From Spirochaetia bacterium (GTDB lineage Bacteria; Spirochaetota; Spirochaetia; UBA9216), in assembly GCA_965140585.1 (NCBI GenBank), contig OZ223264.1, positions 352,001 through 416,000 on the forward strand: a stretch of 64,000 nt of DNA. Reading direction: 5' to 3'. Positions 47,885-57,581 of this stretch are shown here, one piece after another. Position 1 is the stretch's first letter. Every line of letters begins with the position of its first letter. Position numbers and translations under genes: made by a program. The notes beneath the pieces were generated by a model. The model was not told the DNA's origin, ran no database searches, and was given only the letters and a program-made list of their open reading frames with translations.

Positions 47885-49192
47885 TCAGCTGAGTACTTCA
47901 TAACCAGCTTTTCGGACAGCATCCGAAGCCTCTTCGAGTGAAAAATCACCCTCCAATGTAGCACTCTGATCGTTAAGGTTGATTTTGATTTTATCAATCC
48001 CTTTTACTGTATTAAGAGCCTGTTCCACACTCGCAGCACAGTGCCCGCAGTCCATGCCCTGGATGCATATTCTGACTGAATCTCCGTTATCTGCGTTCTG
48101 AGCCTGAGTTGATTTGTTTTTTCTCCGTAATGCAAACATCCTGAATCTCCTTCCAAACAGAAATACAAGTGCTGCAAATAGAAGCAGTGAAACAGAGATA
48201 GTAAACCAGCCGGGGTCTGCTTCTTCATGAATATTGTTCAATGCACCGCTTATCGGTGATACGCTCATGGCGGTAAATATGGTATCCATCAGAAAACCGA
48301 AAATAAGACTTCCTGCAACTATCGTTGCCACGTATCGAATAGCGCTGTTTTTACCAAGTGTTTTGCTTATGATTGCCAGTGAGGCCGCGTTGGTCGCAGG
48401 GCCGGCCACAAGAAATACATAAGCAGCCCCCGGAGAAACACCCTTCGCAAGCAGTGCTACCGCAATAGGGATACTGGAGGTTGAGCATATATACATCGGA
48501 ATACCAATTATAACCATCAGGATCATAGCAACGAATTTATTTGAAAGGAATGAACCACTGAAAAATTCATCAGGAATTACGATGGAGATAACAGCCGCAA
48601 TGGCAAGGCCGATCACAAAATTGACAGCAATATCATCAAGCAGTTCAAAAGTTGCGTAATTAAACATTTCCTTTAGTTTTGCCCATAGACCCTTGTATTC
48701 TACAGCCTTGCCTGTATTTACCTTTCTGGTGAAAACCTCGTCCATGTTTTGCTGCTCTGTTTTGGAATGTCGCTTACCGGTAGCCAGAAAATCAACTATT
48801 CCGCCGGCTGTTCCCATTAAAAGGGCTGCAATTGCTTTAAAGATAGCGAACAGAGGCCCCAGCATCCCCCAAGTTGCTGCAATACTGTCTATTCCAGTCT
48901 GCGGTGTTGAAATAAGAAAGGATGTTACTGCAGGCTTTGATGCGCCCGAGTTTTTCAGATATACAGCGGTTGGCACTACGCCGCATGAGCAGAGCGGCAG
49001 CGGAACTCCGAAGAGTGCTGCTTTAAATACTGAGGACAGGTTATGTCCGCCTACGTGTTTTGCTACAAAATCCTTGCTTAGAAATACATGCAGCAAACCT
49101 GATATAAGAAGGCCGAGTACCAGGTACGGAGCCATTTCAAAAAACAGGGAATATACTTCTTTAAAAAATAATCCAATGTATTCAAGTACCAT
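47885..49192 (-). CDS. SO_0444/ArsP (DUF318)-type metal efflux permease with C-terminal HMA domain
   Basis: PLPLCSCGVVP, PQTGIDS, PMYICSTSSIP, GPATN; HMA motif GMDCGHC. Confidence 0.9.
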   Translation of the reverse strand: MVLEYIGLFFKEVYSLFFEMAPYLVLGLLISGLLHVFLSKDFVAKHVGGHNLSSVFKAALFGVPLPLCSCGVVPTAVYLKNSGASKPAVTSFLISTPQTGIDSIAATWGMLGPLFAIFKAIAALLMGTAGGIVDFLATGKRHSKTEQQNMDEVFTRKVNTGKAVEYKGLWAKLKEMFNYATFELLDDIAVNFVIGLAIAAVISIVIPDEFFSGSFLSNKFVAMILMVIIGIPMYICSTSSIPIAVALLAKGVSPGAAYVFLVAGPATNAASLAIISKTLGKNSAIRYVATIVAGSLIFGFLMDTIFTAMSVSPISGALNNIHEEADPGWFTISVSLLLFAALVFLFGRRFRMFALRRKNKSTQAQNADNGDSVRICIQGMDCGHCAASVEQALNTVKGIDKIKINLNDQSATLEGDFSLEEASDAVRKAGYEVLS

Positions 49193-49202
49193 TATTTAGC
49201 TC

Positions 49203-49556
49203 CTATTCGTTTATATGTTTAAGGCCTGTCGCCAGAATTTCTTCAATGTGTCCGTCGTTGAGCGAATAGAAGACCATTTTGCCTTCTTTTCTGTACTTCA
49301 CCAGTCTTGCCTGTCTGAGCATTTTCAGCTGATGGCTTACCGCAGTCTGCTGCATCTCCATTATTACGGATAAATCGTGGACGCAGTATTCCCCGCTTTT
49401 CAGCAGGAACAGCAGCTTAAGCCTGTTCTGGTCGCCGAATACCTTGAAGAATTCCGACAGGTCCTGGAGCTCCTCTTCTACCGGAAGGCTCTGCTTAAGT
49501 TCTGCTGCATCGGATTCTGTCAGATTGCAGGATATTTTTTCTTCTAAATCGCTCAT
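49203..49556 (-). CDS. ArsR/SmtB family metalloregulator with alpha5 site (SmtB/CzrA-like)
   Basis: FFKVFGD.NRLKL, AVSHQL..LR; alpha5 ligands D-x-H-x10-H-x2-E (NDGHIEEILATGLKHINE). Confidence 0.93.
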   Translation of the reverse strand: MSDLEEKISCNLTESDAAELKQSLPVEEELQDLSEFFKVFGDQNRLKLLFLLKSGEYCVHDLSVIMEMQQTAVSHQLKMLRQARLVKYRKEGKMVFYSLNDGHIEEILATGLKHINE

Positions 49557-49568
49557 GTGTACTCCTTA

Positions 49569-49623
49569 ACATATGAACATATATTCATATGTAAAATATA
49601 AGCGGTTGCAGGATATTTGTCAA
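49569..49623 (-). promoter_or_regulatory. SmtB/CzrA-type operator and sigma70 promoter
   Basis: ACATATGAA-n6-TTCATATGT at 49569-49592, directly downstream of TTGACA(49623)-17-TATATT(49600). Confidence 0.88.
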
Positions 49624-49712
49624 CCGGAAGAGTTTGGTTTTGCCACGGATTAAAAGCGGGTATGCGCAGGGCAGAGATTTACACGGATTGTGCAGTCAGG
49701 ATAGAATATATC

Positions 49713-50735
49713 CTAACCAACAACCCTCGGAACTACCGTCTTGCTGACAATCTCCGCTCCGGTAAGCGAGTCCAATAGAGCTGAAGCCGCCTCCGAATAT
49801 ATTCTGTCAGGCATTATATCTACACTCAGTAATTTAAAAGGCAGTACGTAATCAAGCGGCAGGTTGTCATAGCCTGCCAGAGGCAGCGTCTTTCCAATAT
49901 CAAGCCCGGCCTCTGCTGCTGCGTACCCGGCACCAACTGCAGTTATATCGTTAACACAGGCTATTCCGTCCAGGCTTTCGTCTTTCAGTTTTCCCGAAAT
50001 CCTTGAAGCCGCCGCGTATCCCGCATCCTTACCGACTCCTGGTTCCAGTATCTCTACTTCAGATTCGCTGTACACAGAAAGAAAGCCGTTAAGTCTGTCC
50101 CGGTGAGGTGCCACAATATCAAGGTAGCCGGTTATATATACAGGTTTATGGCAGCCCGTTTCTTTCAGCAGTTCCGCCTGCATCCGACCGCCGTGGAAGT
50201 TGTCGGTACTGCAGCGGCTGAACCCTTCAAATCCTTCTGTATGGTGGCCGATGATATATGGAATGCCGGCTGCGGCAATCATTTCGGCCTCTTCTGCTGT
50301 ATCCACATCGTAGCAGATTATCCCGTCGCATCGGCTTTTAAGTTTCTGCAGATCGCTTTCTTCCCTTACTGTTGACAGGTTCAGGCTGTACATGCTGAGG
50401 TCAACAACATCCTTCACAGCGTTTAGTACATCGGCATAGAACCATTTGTACACCGGCATATCAGCCCAGTAATACTTGCGCCGGGGCTTCTTAAGCTGCA
50501 CAAGTGAGATGATCCCTGTCCCGTTTCTGCGCAGCGCGCTCGCATTTTTATCAGGTTCATATCCGAGCTTTTCCGCTGTCTCAAGAACTTTTTTCACCTT
50601 GTCGGGGCTGACAGACTCAGGATTGTTGTAAACCCTTGAAACCGTCGCGGTGCTCACTCCTGAGGCGGCGGCAACATCGTTTCTTGTAGGGTTTTTAGGC
50701 TGGCTCTGCATCTGTATACTTGATTTCCGGTTCAT
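49713..50735 (-). CDS. LacI family regulator of the gal operon
   Basis: TRNDVAAASGVSTATVSRVYN, LGYEPDKNASALR, TDNFHGG, GYDN. Confidence 0.92.
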   Translation of the reverse strand: MNRKSSIQMQSQPKNPTRNDVAAASGVSTATVSRVYNNPESVSPDKVKKVLETAEKLGYEPDKNASALRRNGTGIISLVQLKKPRRKYYWADMPVYKWFYADVLNAVKDVVDLSMYSLNLSTVREESDLQKLKSRCDGIICYDVDTAEEAEMIAAAGIPYIIGHHTEGFEGFSRCSTDNFHGGRMQAELLKETGCHKPVYITGYLDIVAPHRDRLNGFLSVYSESEVEILEPGVGKDAGYAAASRISGKLKDESLDGIACVNDITAVGAGYAAAEAGLDIGKTLPLAGYDNLPLDYVLPFKLLSVDIMPDRIYSEAASALLDSLTGAEIVSKTVVPRVVG

Positions 50736-50745
50736 TATGGATTAT

Positions 50746-50759
50746 TGTACACGTGTACA
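50746..50759. promoter_or_regulatory. LacI-family operator
   Basis: Perfect palindrome TGTACACGTGTACA with central CG, overlapping the regulator's -10 (TTGATT-17-TACAAT on the minus strand). Confidence 0.8.
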
Positions 50760-50816
50760 TAAAAATAATCAACAAACAATAGACTGCAGCCGTGCGGTTA
50801 TTCATAGGAGGAAAGT

Positions 50817-51860
50817 ATGGATTTTACTTCTTCACCTCACAGAAGATTAAATATTCTTACCGGAGAATGGATTAAGGTATCGCCTCATCGTACCCAGAGG
50901 CCCTGGAACGGACAGGTTGAATCAGCAAATAAGGAAAAGCTTCCCGAATACGATCCGGGCTGCTACCTATGTCCGGGGAACGGCCGGGCAGGAGGCAAAA
51001 AGAATCCTGATTATTCCTCCACATTTGTTTTTGACAATGATTTTATGGCGATACTCCCGGATACCAGGCCCTTCGATTATGAGGATGGACTGCTTAAGGC
51101 AACCGCCGAACGCGGTATCTGCCGTGTGATCTGTTTCTCTCCGAAACACGATCTTACCCTGGCCCTGATGGATGAAGCTGATATCCGAGGTGTAATTGAT
51201 GTCTGGGTTGAGCAGTATCTTGAGCTTGGAAAACTCGATTATATTAATCATGTTCAGATATTTGAAAACAGGGGTGCGATTATGGGCTGCTCCAATCCGC
51301 ATCCGCATGGACAGGTCTGGGCCGAGGAGAAAATTCCCTATCTGCCTTCGCTTGAGCTTAAGCATCAGAAGGAGCATCTGGATAAATCAGCGCGTTGTCT
51401 TCTGTGTGATTATCTTGAGCAGGAACGAAGGTCAGGGGAGCGAATAGTTTTTGAGAGCAGCAGTTTCACAGTTCTGGTACCCTTCTGGGCAGTCTGGCCC
51501 TATGAGGTGATGATCCTGCCGAGGCGGCATATGTCCTCAATAGATGAAATGAATCAGGCAGAAAGAGCTGATCTTGCTTCGGTAATCAAGAGGCTTGGTA
51601 TTCGTTATGACAACCTCTTTTCAACTTCCTTTTCGTATTCGATGGGGATTCATCAGAAACCCACAGATGGAGCTGAATATCCGGAAAACCATTTTCACTT
51701 TCATTATTATCCGCCGCTGCTACGTTCGGCCGAAGTTAAGAAGTTTATGGTAGGCTACGAGATGCTGGCGATGGCTCAGCGGGATATCACCGCCGAAGGC
51801 GCGGCTGAAATCCTCAGAGGTCTTTCTGAAATCCATTATACAGAGGCTGAAAATGACTAA
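50817..51860 (+). CDS. galT: Galactose-1-phosphate uridylyltransferase
   Basis: HRRLNILTGEW..VSPHR..RPW, CYLCPG, MGCSNPHPHGQ, KKFMVGYE. Confidence 0.97.
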   Translation: MDFTSSPHRRLNILTGEWIKVSPHRTQRPWNGQVESANKEKLPEYDPGCYLCPGNGRAGGKKNPDYSSTFVFDNDFMAILPDTRPFDYEDGLLKATAERGICRVICFSPKHDLTLALMDEADIRGVIDVWVEQYLELGKLDYINHVQIFENRGAIMGCSNPHPHGQVWAEEKIPYLPSLELKHQKEHLDKSARCLLCDYLEQERRSGERIVFESSSFTVLVPFWAVWPYEVMILPRRHMSSIDEMNQAERADLASVIKRLGIRYDNLFSTSFSYSMGIHQKPTDGAEYPENHFHFHYYPPLLRSAEVKKFMVGYEMLAMAQRDITAEGAAEILRGLSEIHYTEAEND

Positions 51861-53133
51861 GTTCAACAGCCTTCTTTCAGGTGAAATATCAGATGGCAAA
51901 TATGATTGCTTATTAAGCGATGTATATCATGACACCGACTTGAACTCAGTTAAAAACCGTTACATCAAACTGCTGGATGACCATCGCCGTACCTTCGGAG
52001 ATCAGGATGTTCTAATAGTCAGTGCTCCCGGAAGAACCGAACTCGGCGGAAATCATACCGACCATAATCTGGGGATAGTTCTGGCTGCCGGAGTAACACT
52101 AGATACGCTGGCGGTAGTTTCGGCATCTGAAGAGCGCATGATACATTTTCATTCAGAAGGTTATGACCCTGTAATAATGGATTCATCTGACAGCACCTTC
52201 CGTGAGGAAGAGAAGGAAACTACGATATCGCTGCTCAGGGGCATCCTTTTCAGATTTGAACAACTCAATTACCGTACCGGTGGTTTCAGCTGCTATGTGA
52301 ACTCTGAAGTTGCTCAGGGTTCCGGCCTGAGCTCATCAGCCTCTGTTGAGGTTCTGATAGGCTCGATTCTGAATGAGCTCTATAACGGCGGGAAGATTTC
52401 TCCTGTTGAGATTGCGAAAGCCGGGCAGTATGCAGAAAACAATTTTTTCGGAAAGGCCTCAGGTTTAATGGACCAGGTAGCCTGTGCCTGCGCCGGAATT
52501 GTCGGGATTGATTTCTATGGTCATGATGCACCCCTTATCCGCCAGTGCAGTTATGATTTTCGACGACATGGATATGTGCTCACCGCTGTTGACAGCAGAT
52601 CGAGCCATGCAGAGCTTGCGGATGAATACAGTGCAATCCCTAATGAAATGAGGCTGGTTGCCGGGTATTTCGGAAAGCAGAACTGCCGGGAGATAGACCG
52701 TGATCAGCTGATCCTGGCTATTCCTGAAATAAGAAAGCTGCATGGCGACAGGGCAGTGCTGCGGACGCTTCATTTTCTTGGTGAGACAGACAGAGCCGCT
52801 GCCATGTTTACTGTTTTGCAGGATAATAATATAGAAGAATATTTCAGGCTTGCAGAAGCCTCCGGTAACTCCTCGTTTAAATACCTTCAGAACATATACC
52901 AGGGGTTACATCCGCAGAATCAGGCTGTCAGTCTTGCTCTTAAGCTCACTGAAGACTTTCTTGAAGGACAGGGCGCTTGCAGGATACAGGGCGGGGGCTT
53001 TGCCGGCTCCATTCAGGCTTTTATCCCTGCAGACAGGCTTGACAGTTACCGTTCTTTGATGGAAAGTGTTTTTGGGACCGGGGCAGTAACTGAACTGAGC
53101 GTCAGGCAGCTGAAAGCCGGTAAAATCCTTTAG
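51853..53133 (+). CDS. galK: Galactokinase
   Basis: SAPGRTELGGNHTDH, GSGLSSSAS, SGLMDQ, GGGFAG; lies between galT and galE. Confidence 0.9.
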   Translation: MTKFNSLLSGEISDGKYDCLLSDVYHDTDLNSVKNRYIKLLDDHRRTFGDQDVLIVSAPGRTELGGNHTDHNLGIVLAAGVTLDTLAVVSASEERMIHFHSEGYDPVIMDSSDSTFREEEKETTISLLRGILFRFEQLNYRTGGFSCYVNSEVAQGSGLSSSASVEVLIGSILNELYNGGKISPVEIAKAGQYAENNFFGKASGLMDQVACACAGIVGIDFYGHDAPLIRQCSYDFRRHGYVLTAVDSRSSHAELADEYSAIPNEMRLVAGYFGKQNCREIDRDQLILAIPEIRKLHGDRAVLRTLHFLGETDRAAAMFTVLQDNNIEEYFRLAEASGNSSFKYLQNIYQGLHPQNQAVSLALKLTEDFLEGQGACRIQGGGFAGSIQAFIPADRLDSYRSLMESVFGTGAVTELSVRQLKAGKIL

Positions 53134-53154
53134 TGTCATTTTTTAGGAGAAGTT

Positions 53155-54144
53155 ATGAAAGTTTTAGTTATAGGCGGAGCAGGTTATATAGGCAGTCATG
53201 TTGTAAAGGCCCTGCTTGCGAAAGATCATGAAGTCACTGTTTTTGACAACATGAGCTCAGGCTGCAAGGATAACCTTTTTGAAAAGGCGGCATTTATTGA
53301 AGGCGACATTCTTGAACCACAGCAGCTTGAAGGCGCTTTCAGGGCGTCAAAGGCTGAGGCCGTTGTTCATCTTGCCGCCTTCAAGGCCGCCGGTGAATCT
53401 ATGATTAAACCGGAAAAATATTCCATCAACAATATCTGCGGAACCATGAACATTCTTAATACAATGTGCGACTACGATGTTAAAAAGTTCATATTTTCGT
53501 CATCCGCTGCTGTATTCGGAGAACCTGAATATCTGCCCATGGATGAAAATCATCCCACAAACCCTGAAAATTATTACGGCTTTACCAAGCTTGAAATTGA
53601 GAGATTCCTTTCATGGTACGATAAAATCAAGGGGCTGCGGTTTGCTGCTCTCAGGTACTTCAATGCGGCCGGCTACGATCCCGAGGGTGAAATTACCGGG
53701 CTTGAGAAGGCTCCGGCTAACCTGATTCCCGTAATAATGGAAGCGGCAGCCGGTATGCGGGACAAGCTGCTGATTTTCGGAAATGACTATGATACTCATG
53801 ACGGAACAGGCGTCCGTGACTATGTTCATGTTACAGACCTGGCCCGTGCCCACGTTATGGCTCTTGATTATATCACTGAAAATGATGAAAGCCTTACAGT
53901 CAACCTCGGCTCAGAAACAGGCCTCAGCGTTCTCGATATTCTGGGTAAGGCTCGTGAGGTTACAGGCAAGGATATTCCTGCAGAAATTGTTGAAAGACGC
54001 CCCGGAGATCCCGCCGGATTATATGCTACATCCAAAAAGGCAACTTCTCTTCTCGGCTGGAAACCCGAATGCAGTGATCTGGATACAATAGTGAGAACTA
54101 CATGGAATGCGTACAGCATAGCTGTTAAAAATCTGGAACTCTAG
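53155..54144 (+). CDS. galE: UDP-glucose 4-epimerase
   Basis: GGAGYIGSH, FSSSAAVFG, YYGFTK, LRYFNAAG, DGTGVRDYVHV. Confidence 0.96.
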   Translation: MKVLVIGGAGYIGSHVVKALLAKDHEVTVFDNMSSGCKDNLFEKAAFIEGDILEPQQLEGAFRASKAEAVVHLAAFKAAGESMIKPEKYSINNICGTMNILNTMCDYDVKKFIFSSSAAVFGEPEYLPMDENHPTNPENYYGFTKLEIERFLSWYDKIKGLRFAALRYFNAAGYDPEGEITGLEKAPANLIPVIMEAAAGMRDKLLIFGNDYDTHDGTGVRDYVHVTDLARAHVMALDYITENDESLTVNLGSETGLSVLDILGKAREVTGKDIPAEIVERRPGDPAGLYATSKKATSLLGWKPECSDLDTIVRTTWNAYSIAVKNLEL

Positions 54145-54969
54145 ATGAAGGCAGAAATTACCGTTCTTATTGAAAATTATCCAGAGACCGGCTCCGGGCT
54201 TAAGGCGGAACACGGACTTTCCTTTTATATTGAAGCCGGTGATAAAACCATCCTGTTTGATACCGGTGAAACCGGAAAATTTACTGCTAACGCGGAAGCC
54301 CTTGGAAAGGATTTGTCCAAAGTGACAGATGTCATTATCAGTCACGGACATTCTGATCATTCCGGTGGATTCCGGAAGCTGTGTGAATTAACAACCGATT
54401 TTACCCTGCATACCGGAAAAGGTTTCCTCGACGGTAAATACGTCTTCCGTGATAATAAACTAAAGTATATCGGTAATGACTTTGATTCCGCTTTCATTGC
54501 TGAGCAGGGGATAACTCATCGGGAGATTGCCTCAGGAGCGGTCGAGATTGCACCTGATATTTTTGTTGTGTCCGGATTTGAAAGAACCAATGATATTGAG
54601 AAGATCAGTACAGAGTTTATTCTTGAAAAAGATTTTGACCGCATTGATACTTTTGCTGATGAAGCGCTGCTTGTTTTAAAGCAGGATGACGGGCTTACAG
54701 TAATTGTCGGATGTTCTCATGCCGGCATTATGAATATTGTCGACTATATCAAGACCCTGTTCGATGAACCTGTTAAAACCATAATCGGCGGTACGCATCT
54801 GGTTGCCGGAGACAGCAGCCGTCTGGATAAGACTGTTGAATACTTTGCTGATAATGGTATAGGGAACCTTGGGCTCTGCCACTGTACAGGCGATCATGCC
54901 AGAAAAGTCCTGGCGGAAAGGTGCCCCGGCTACCGGGAAATACATTCGGGGACTCGGCTAACCGTCTGA
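54145..54969 (+). CDS. MBL-fold metallo-hydrolase (COG1237-like)
   Basis: AEHGLS, LFDTG, SHGHSDHSGG, GCSHAG, GGTHL, HCTG; ATG immediately follows the galE TAG. Confidence 0.9.
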   Translation: MKAEITVLIENYPETGSGLKAEHGLSFYIEAGDKTILFDTGETGKFTANAEALGKDLSKVTDVIISHGHSDHSGGFRKLCELTTDFTLHTGKGFLDGKYVFRDNKLKYIGNDFDSAFIAEQGITHREIASGAVEIAPDIFVVSGFERTNDIEKISTEFILEKDFDRIDTFADEALLVLKQDDGLTVIVGCSHAGIMNIVDYIKTLFDEPVKTIIGGTHLVAGDSSRLDKTVEYFADNGIGNLGLCHCTGDHARKVLAERCPGYREIHSGTRLTV

Positions 54970-54971
54970 GG

Positions 54972-55283
54972 CTATCGGGAATAGGCCTGGGTTTTATCTA
55001 CCAGGCCCATTTCATATGCCCTGTTTACAAGCTTCCATTCATTTCTTCTGGCAAAAAGCAGGGTGCAGTAGTTTCTCTGAATCTGACTGCCGTTGAACAG
55101 GTAGTATTCAATCCTTTTAATACCTTCCTCTGAATCCACCAGGCTCAGGAAAAAGTCTATAGCTCTTGTTGTAGGCAGGTCCGTGTCATTATCAAGCTCG
55201 GCCATTACGGCATCGATATCTGCAGAGGAGCCTGCAAGGCAGTGATGTTTCAATATGTTAAAGTAGCCGGTATAGTTTTTCAT
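54972..55283 (-). CDS. Hypothetical cytoplasmic protein
   Basis: 103-aa ORF 11 nt downstream of the MarR gene; no recognisable family. Confidence 0.75.
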   Translation of the reverse strand: MKNYTGYFNILKHHCLAGSSADIDAVMAELDNDTDLPTTRAIDFFLSLVDSEEGIKRIEYYLFNGSQIQRNYCTLLFARRNEWKLVNRAYEMGLVDKTQAYSR

Positions 55284-55294
55284 AGGCTGTTTTC

Positions 55295-55741
55295 TTATTC
55301 CTGCGCCGGAAACCTTATTTTGGAGATGATAGTTATAAGGCTTTGTTTATCCTCAACGTTCAAAGCCTCCGCCATCATTGCAAGCCTTCTGTTATAAGGT
55401 TCTGCAACTGATGCTATAAGCTCCTGTCCCTTATTTGTAAGTCTGTAGTTTTTTTTTCTCAAATCTCTTTGATCCTGCTGGCATTCAATCAGGGCATCAT
55501 TTTCAAGTTTTACCAGCATTCCGGTTATGGTAGGTTTACTTCTGCCCAGCAGTCTGGAAATCTCACTGTGAATCATCCCCTCATCTCCGCTTCGGCTTAT
55601 CATAATCAGAATTGAAAAACGGCTGTGGGAAATTCCATATGGTTTTAGAAATGCCTCAATATCATTCTGCAGCATCATTCCTCCTTCAAGAATTGATAAA
55701 AGGGCATCGAATGTAAGGTCTCCGGTCTTTGATATATCCAT
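55295..55741 (-). CDS. MarR family regulator
   Basis: GISHSRFSIL, SKPTITGMLVKLE, DLRKKNYRLTNKG. Confidence 0.9.
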   Translation of the reverse strand: MDISKTGDLTFDALLSILEGGMMLQNDIEAFLKPYGISHSRFSILIMISRSGDEGMIHSEISRLLGRSKPTITGMLVKLENDALIECQQDQRDLRKKNYRLTNKGQELIASVAEPYNRRLAMMAEALNVEDKQSLITIISKIRFPAQE

Positions 55742-55780
55742 TTAAGTTAGCATGCTAACTTAAAGAGCTGATTAAGTCAA
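55741..55780 (-). promoter_or_regulatory. MarR operator overlapping its own promoter
   Basis: Perfect 24-bp palindrome TTTAAGTTAGCATGCTAACTTAAA (55741-55764) covering the -10 of TTGACT-17-TAGCAT. Confidence 0.82.
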
Positions 55781-55800
55781 TATCGGCATTTAATGAAAAA

Positions 55801-56613
55801 TCAGCCTATTTGTGTGATGATTTCTTTTATGTATCTTATAAAATCATTCTGAACCATATTGGCAGTATCTACTACTTCCTGATGATTCAGGGGCTGGTCC
55901 AGAATTCCTGCTGCCATGTTTGTAATACATGAGACGCCAAGGACCTTCATTCCCATGTGACTTGCGGCGATAACCTCGGGCACAGTGCTCATTCCGACAG
56001 CATCCGCACCAAGAACCCTGAGGGCCTTGATTTCGGCCGGAGTCTCATAGCTTGGACCGGTCATGTAGGCATAGACTCCTTCCTGAACTTTTATTCCGGT
56101 TTTTGCCGCAGCATCCTTTGCTGTTTTTCTTAATTCTTTCGAGTAGGGTTCGCTCATATCGTTGAAACGCGGGCCCAGCTCATCTTCATTGAGGCCGCGA
56201 AGGGGAGAGTCGGCAACCATTTTTATGTGATCGCTTATAAGCATCAGGTTCCCGGGTTTGTAGGATGTATTCACGCCGCCGGCGGCATTGGTGACCACCA
56301 GTTTTTTTACCCCAAGCAGATGCATTATGCGCACAGGGTACACAAGGGTCTTCATGTCATAACCCTCATAAAAATGGAAACGGCCCTGCATTGCAATAAC
56401 GGGCTTGCCGTTGAGATTACCTTTTACAAGAGCGCCCTTATGGCCTTCTACCGTTGATACCGGAAAACCGGGAATATCGTTGTAAGCAAGAGAAACTCTG
56501 TCTTCCAGTTCATCAGCAAGTATGCCCAGCCCTGATCCTAGAATCAGAGCTGTTTCAGTATTATCAAAATTATTCTTTTTTAGAAAATCCAGTGTTTCTG
56601 AATATTTACTCAT
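55801..56613 (-). CDS. punA: Purine-nucleoside phosphorylase (trimeric PNP I)
   Basis: ILGSGLG, STVEGHKG, QGRFHFYEGY, TNAAGG, GPSYETPAE, VGMSTVPE, TNMA. Confidence 0.96.
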   Translation of the reverse strand: MSKYSETLDFLKKNNFDNTETALILGSGLGILADELEDRVSLAYNDIPGFPVSTVEGHKGALVKGNLNGKPVIAMQGRFHFYEGYDMKTLVYPVRIMHLLGVKKLVVTNAAGGVNTSYKPGNLMLISDHIKMVADSPLRGLNEDELGPRFNDMSEPYSKELRKTAKDAAAKTGIKVQEGVYAYMTGPSYETPAEIKALRVLGADAVGMSTVPEVIAASHMGMKVLGVSCITNMAAGILDQPLNHQEVVDTANMVQNDFIRYIKEIITQIG

Positions 56614-56625
56614 TAAACTCTCCTT

Positions 56626-57579
56626 TTACCTTGAACCCTTGTCATAAGGCTGGCCGGAAGCTTTCGGAGCCTGAGAGTTCTTTGATGAAAGTGCAAGTAC
56701 CAGTAGTGTTGCAATATACGGAATCATTTTATAGATATCTTTCGGGATACTCAGATCCTGAAGAAAGGGGATTCCCGAGTATGCTGCAGAGATAGTCTTC
56801 ATAAGTCCGAAGAAGAAGGCCGCCATCAGAATGCGTTTCGGGTTCCATTGTCCGAAGATAAGTACAGCAAGGGCGAGAAATCCGTATCCTGAAACAGTTG
56901 CATTAAAGCTAGTCGATGTCGGAACTACGAATATCAGCCCTCCAAGCGCTGCAAGTGCTCCGGAAAGAATAACCCCGGCATAGCGTATTTTATATACATT
57001 GATACCGACTGAATCTGCTGCATGAGGATGTTCTCCGCAGGAACGCAGCCTAAGGCCGAACCTCGTCTTAAACAGAACAAACCAGGATAGAATCAGAATC
57101 AGAAAACCGAGGAATGTTGTGATGTATGTATTCTGAAAAAACATGGGCCCCAGCAGGGGAATCTTTGAAAGTCCGGGGACTTCCTCAATTCTGAATGTAT
57201 TAACAAAGGATATCTCTTTTACTCCCTGAACTGTTCTTGCAACGAAGGTTGCGAATGCCGGTGCAAACATATTCAGAGCGGTTCCGCTGATGACCTGATC
57301 AGCTTTCATGTTTATTGAAGCATAGGCATGCAGCAGTGAAAAAATCATACCAGTAACTACTGCGACCAGTATTGCTATCAGAAGAAGGCCCTGACCGCTC
57401 ATGCTGTCCTGCAGAAAATGGATAGTGAAAATACTGGTAAAGGCACCCATTATCATGATTCCTTCCAGTGCAATATTTACGACTCCGCTTCGTTCGGAAA
57501 ACATACCGCCGAGGGCAACAACGAGCAGCGGGATTGAAAAGAACATTGTCTGCTGTATAAGAAAAAATAAACTGTTCAT
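56626..57579 (-). CDS. Nucleoside ABC transporter permease (NupC/NupQ-like)
   Basis: SERSGVVNIALEG, FGLRLRSCGEHP.AADSVGINV, GFLALA.LIFGQW. Confidence 0.92.
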   Translation of the reverse strand: MNSLFFLIQQTMFFSIPLLVVALGGMFSERSGVVNIALEGIMIMGAFTSIFTIHFLQDSMSGQGLLLIAILVAVVTGMIFSLLHAYASINMKADQVISGTALNMFAPAFATFVARTVQGVKEISFVNTFRIEEVPGLSKIPLLGPMFFQNTYITTFLGFLILILSWFVLFKTRFGLRLRSCGEHPHAADSVGINVYKIRYAGVILSGALAALGGLIFVVPTSTSFNATVSGYGFLALAVLIFGQWNPKRILMAAFFFGLMKTISAAYSGIPFLQDLSIPKDIYKMIPYIATLLVLALSSKNSQAPKASGQPYDKGSR

Positions 57580-57581
57580 AT

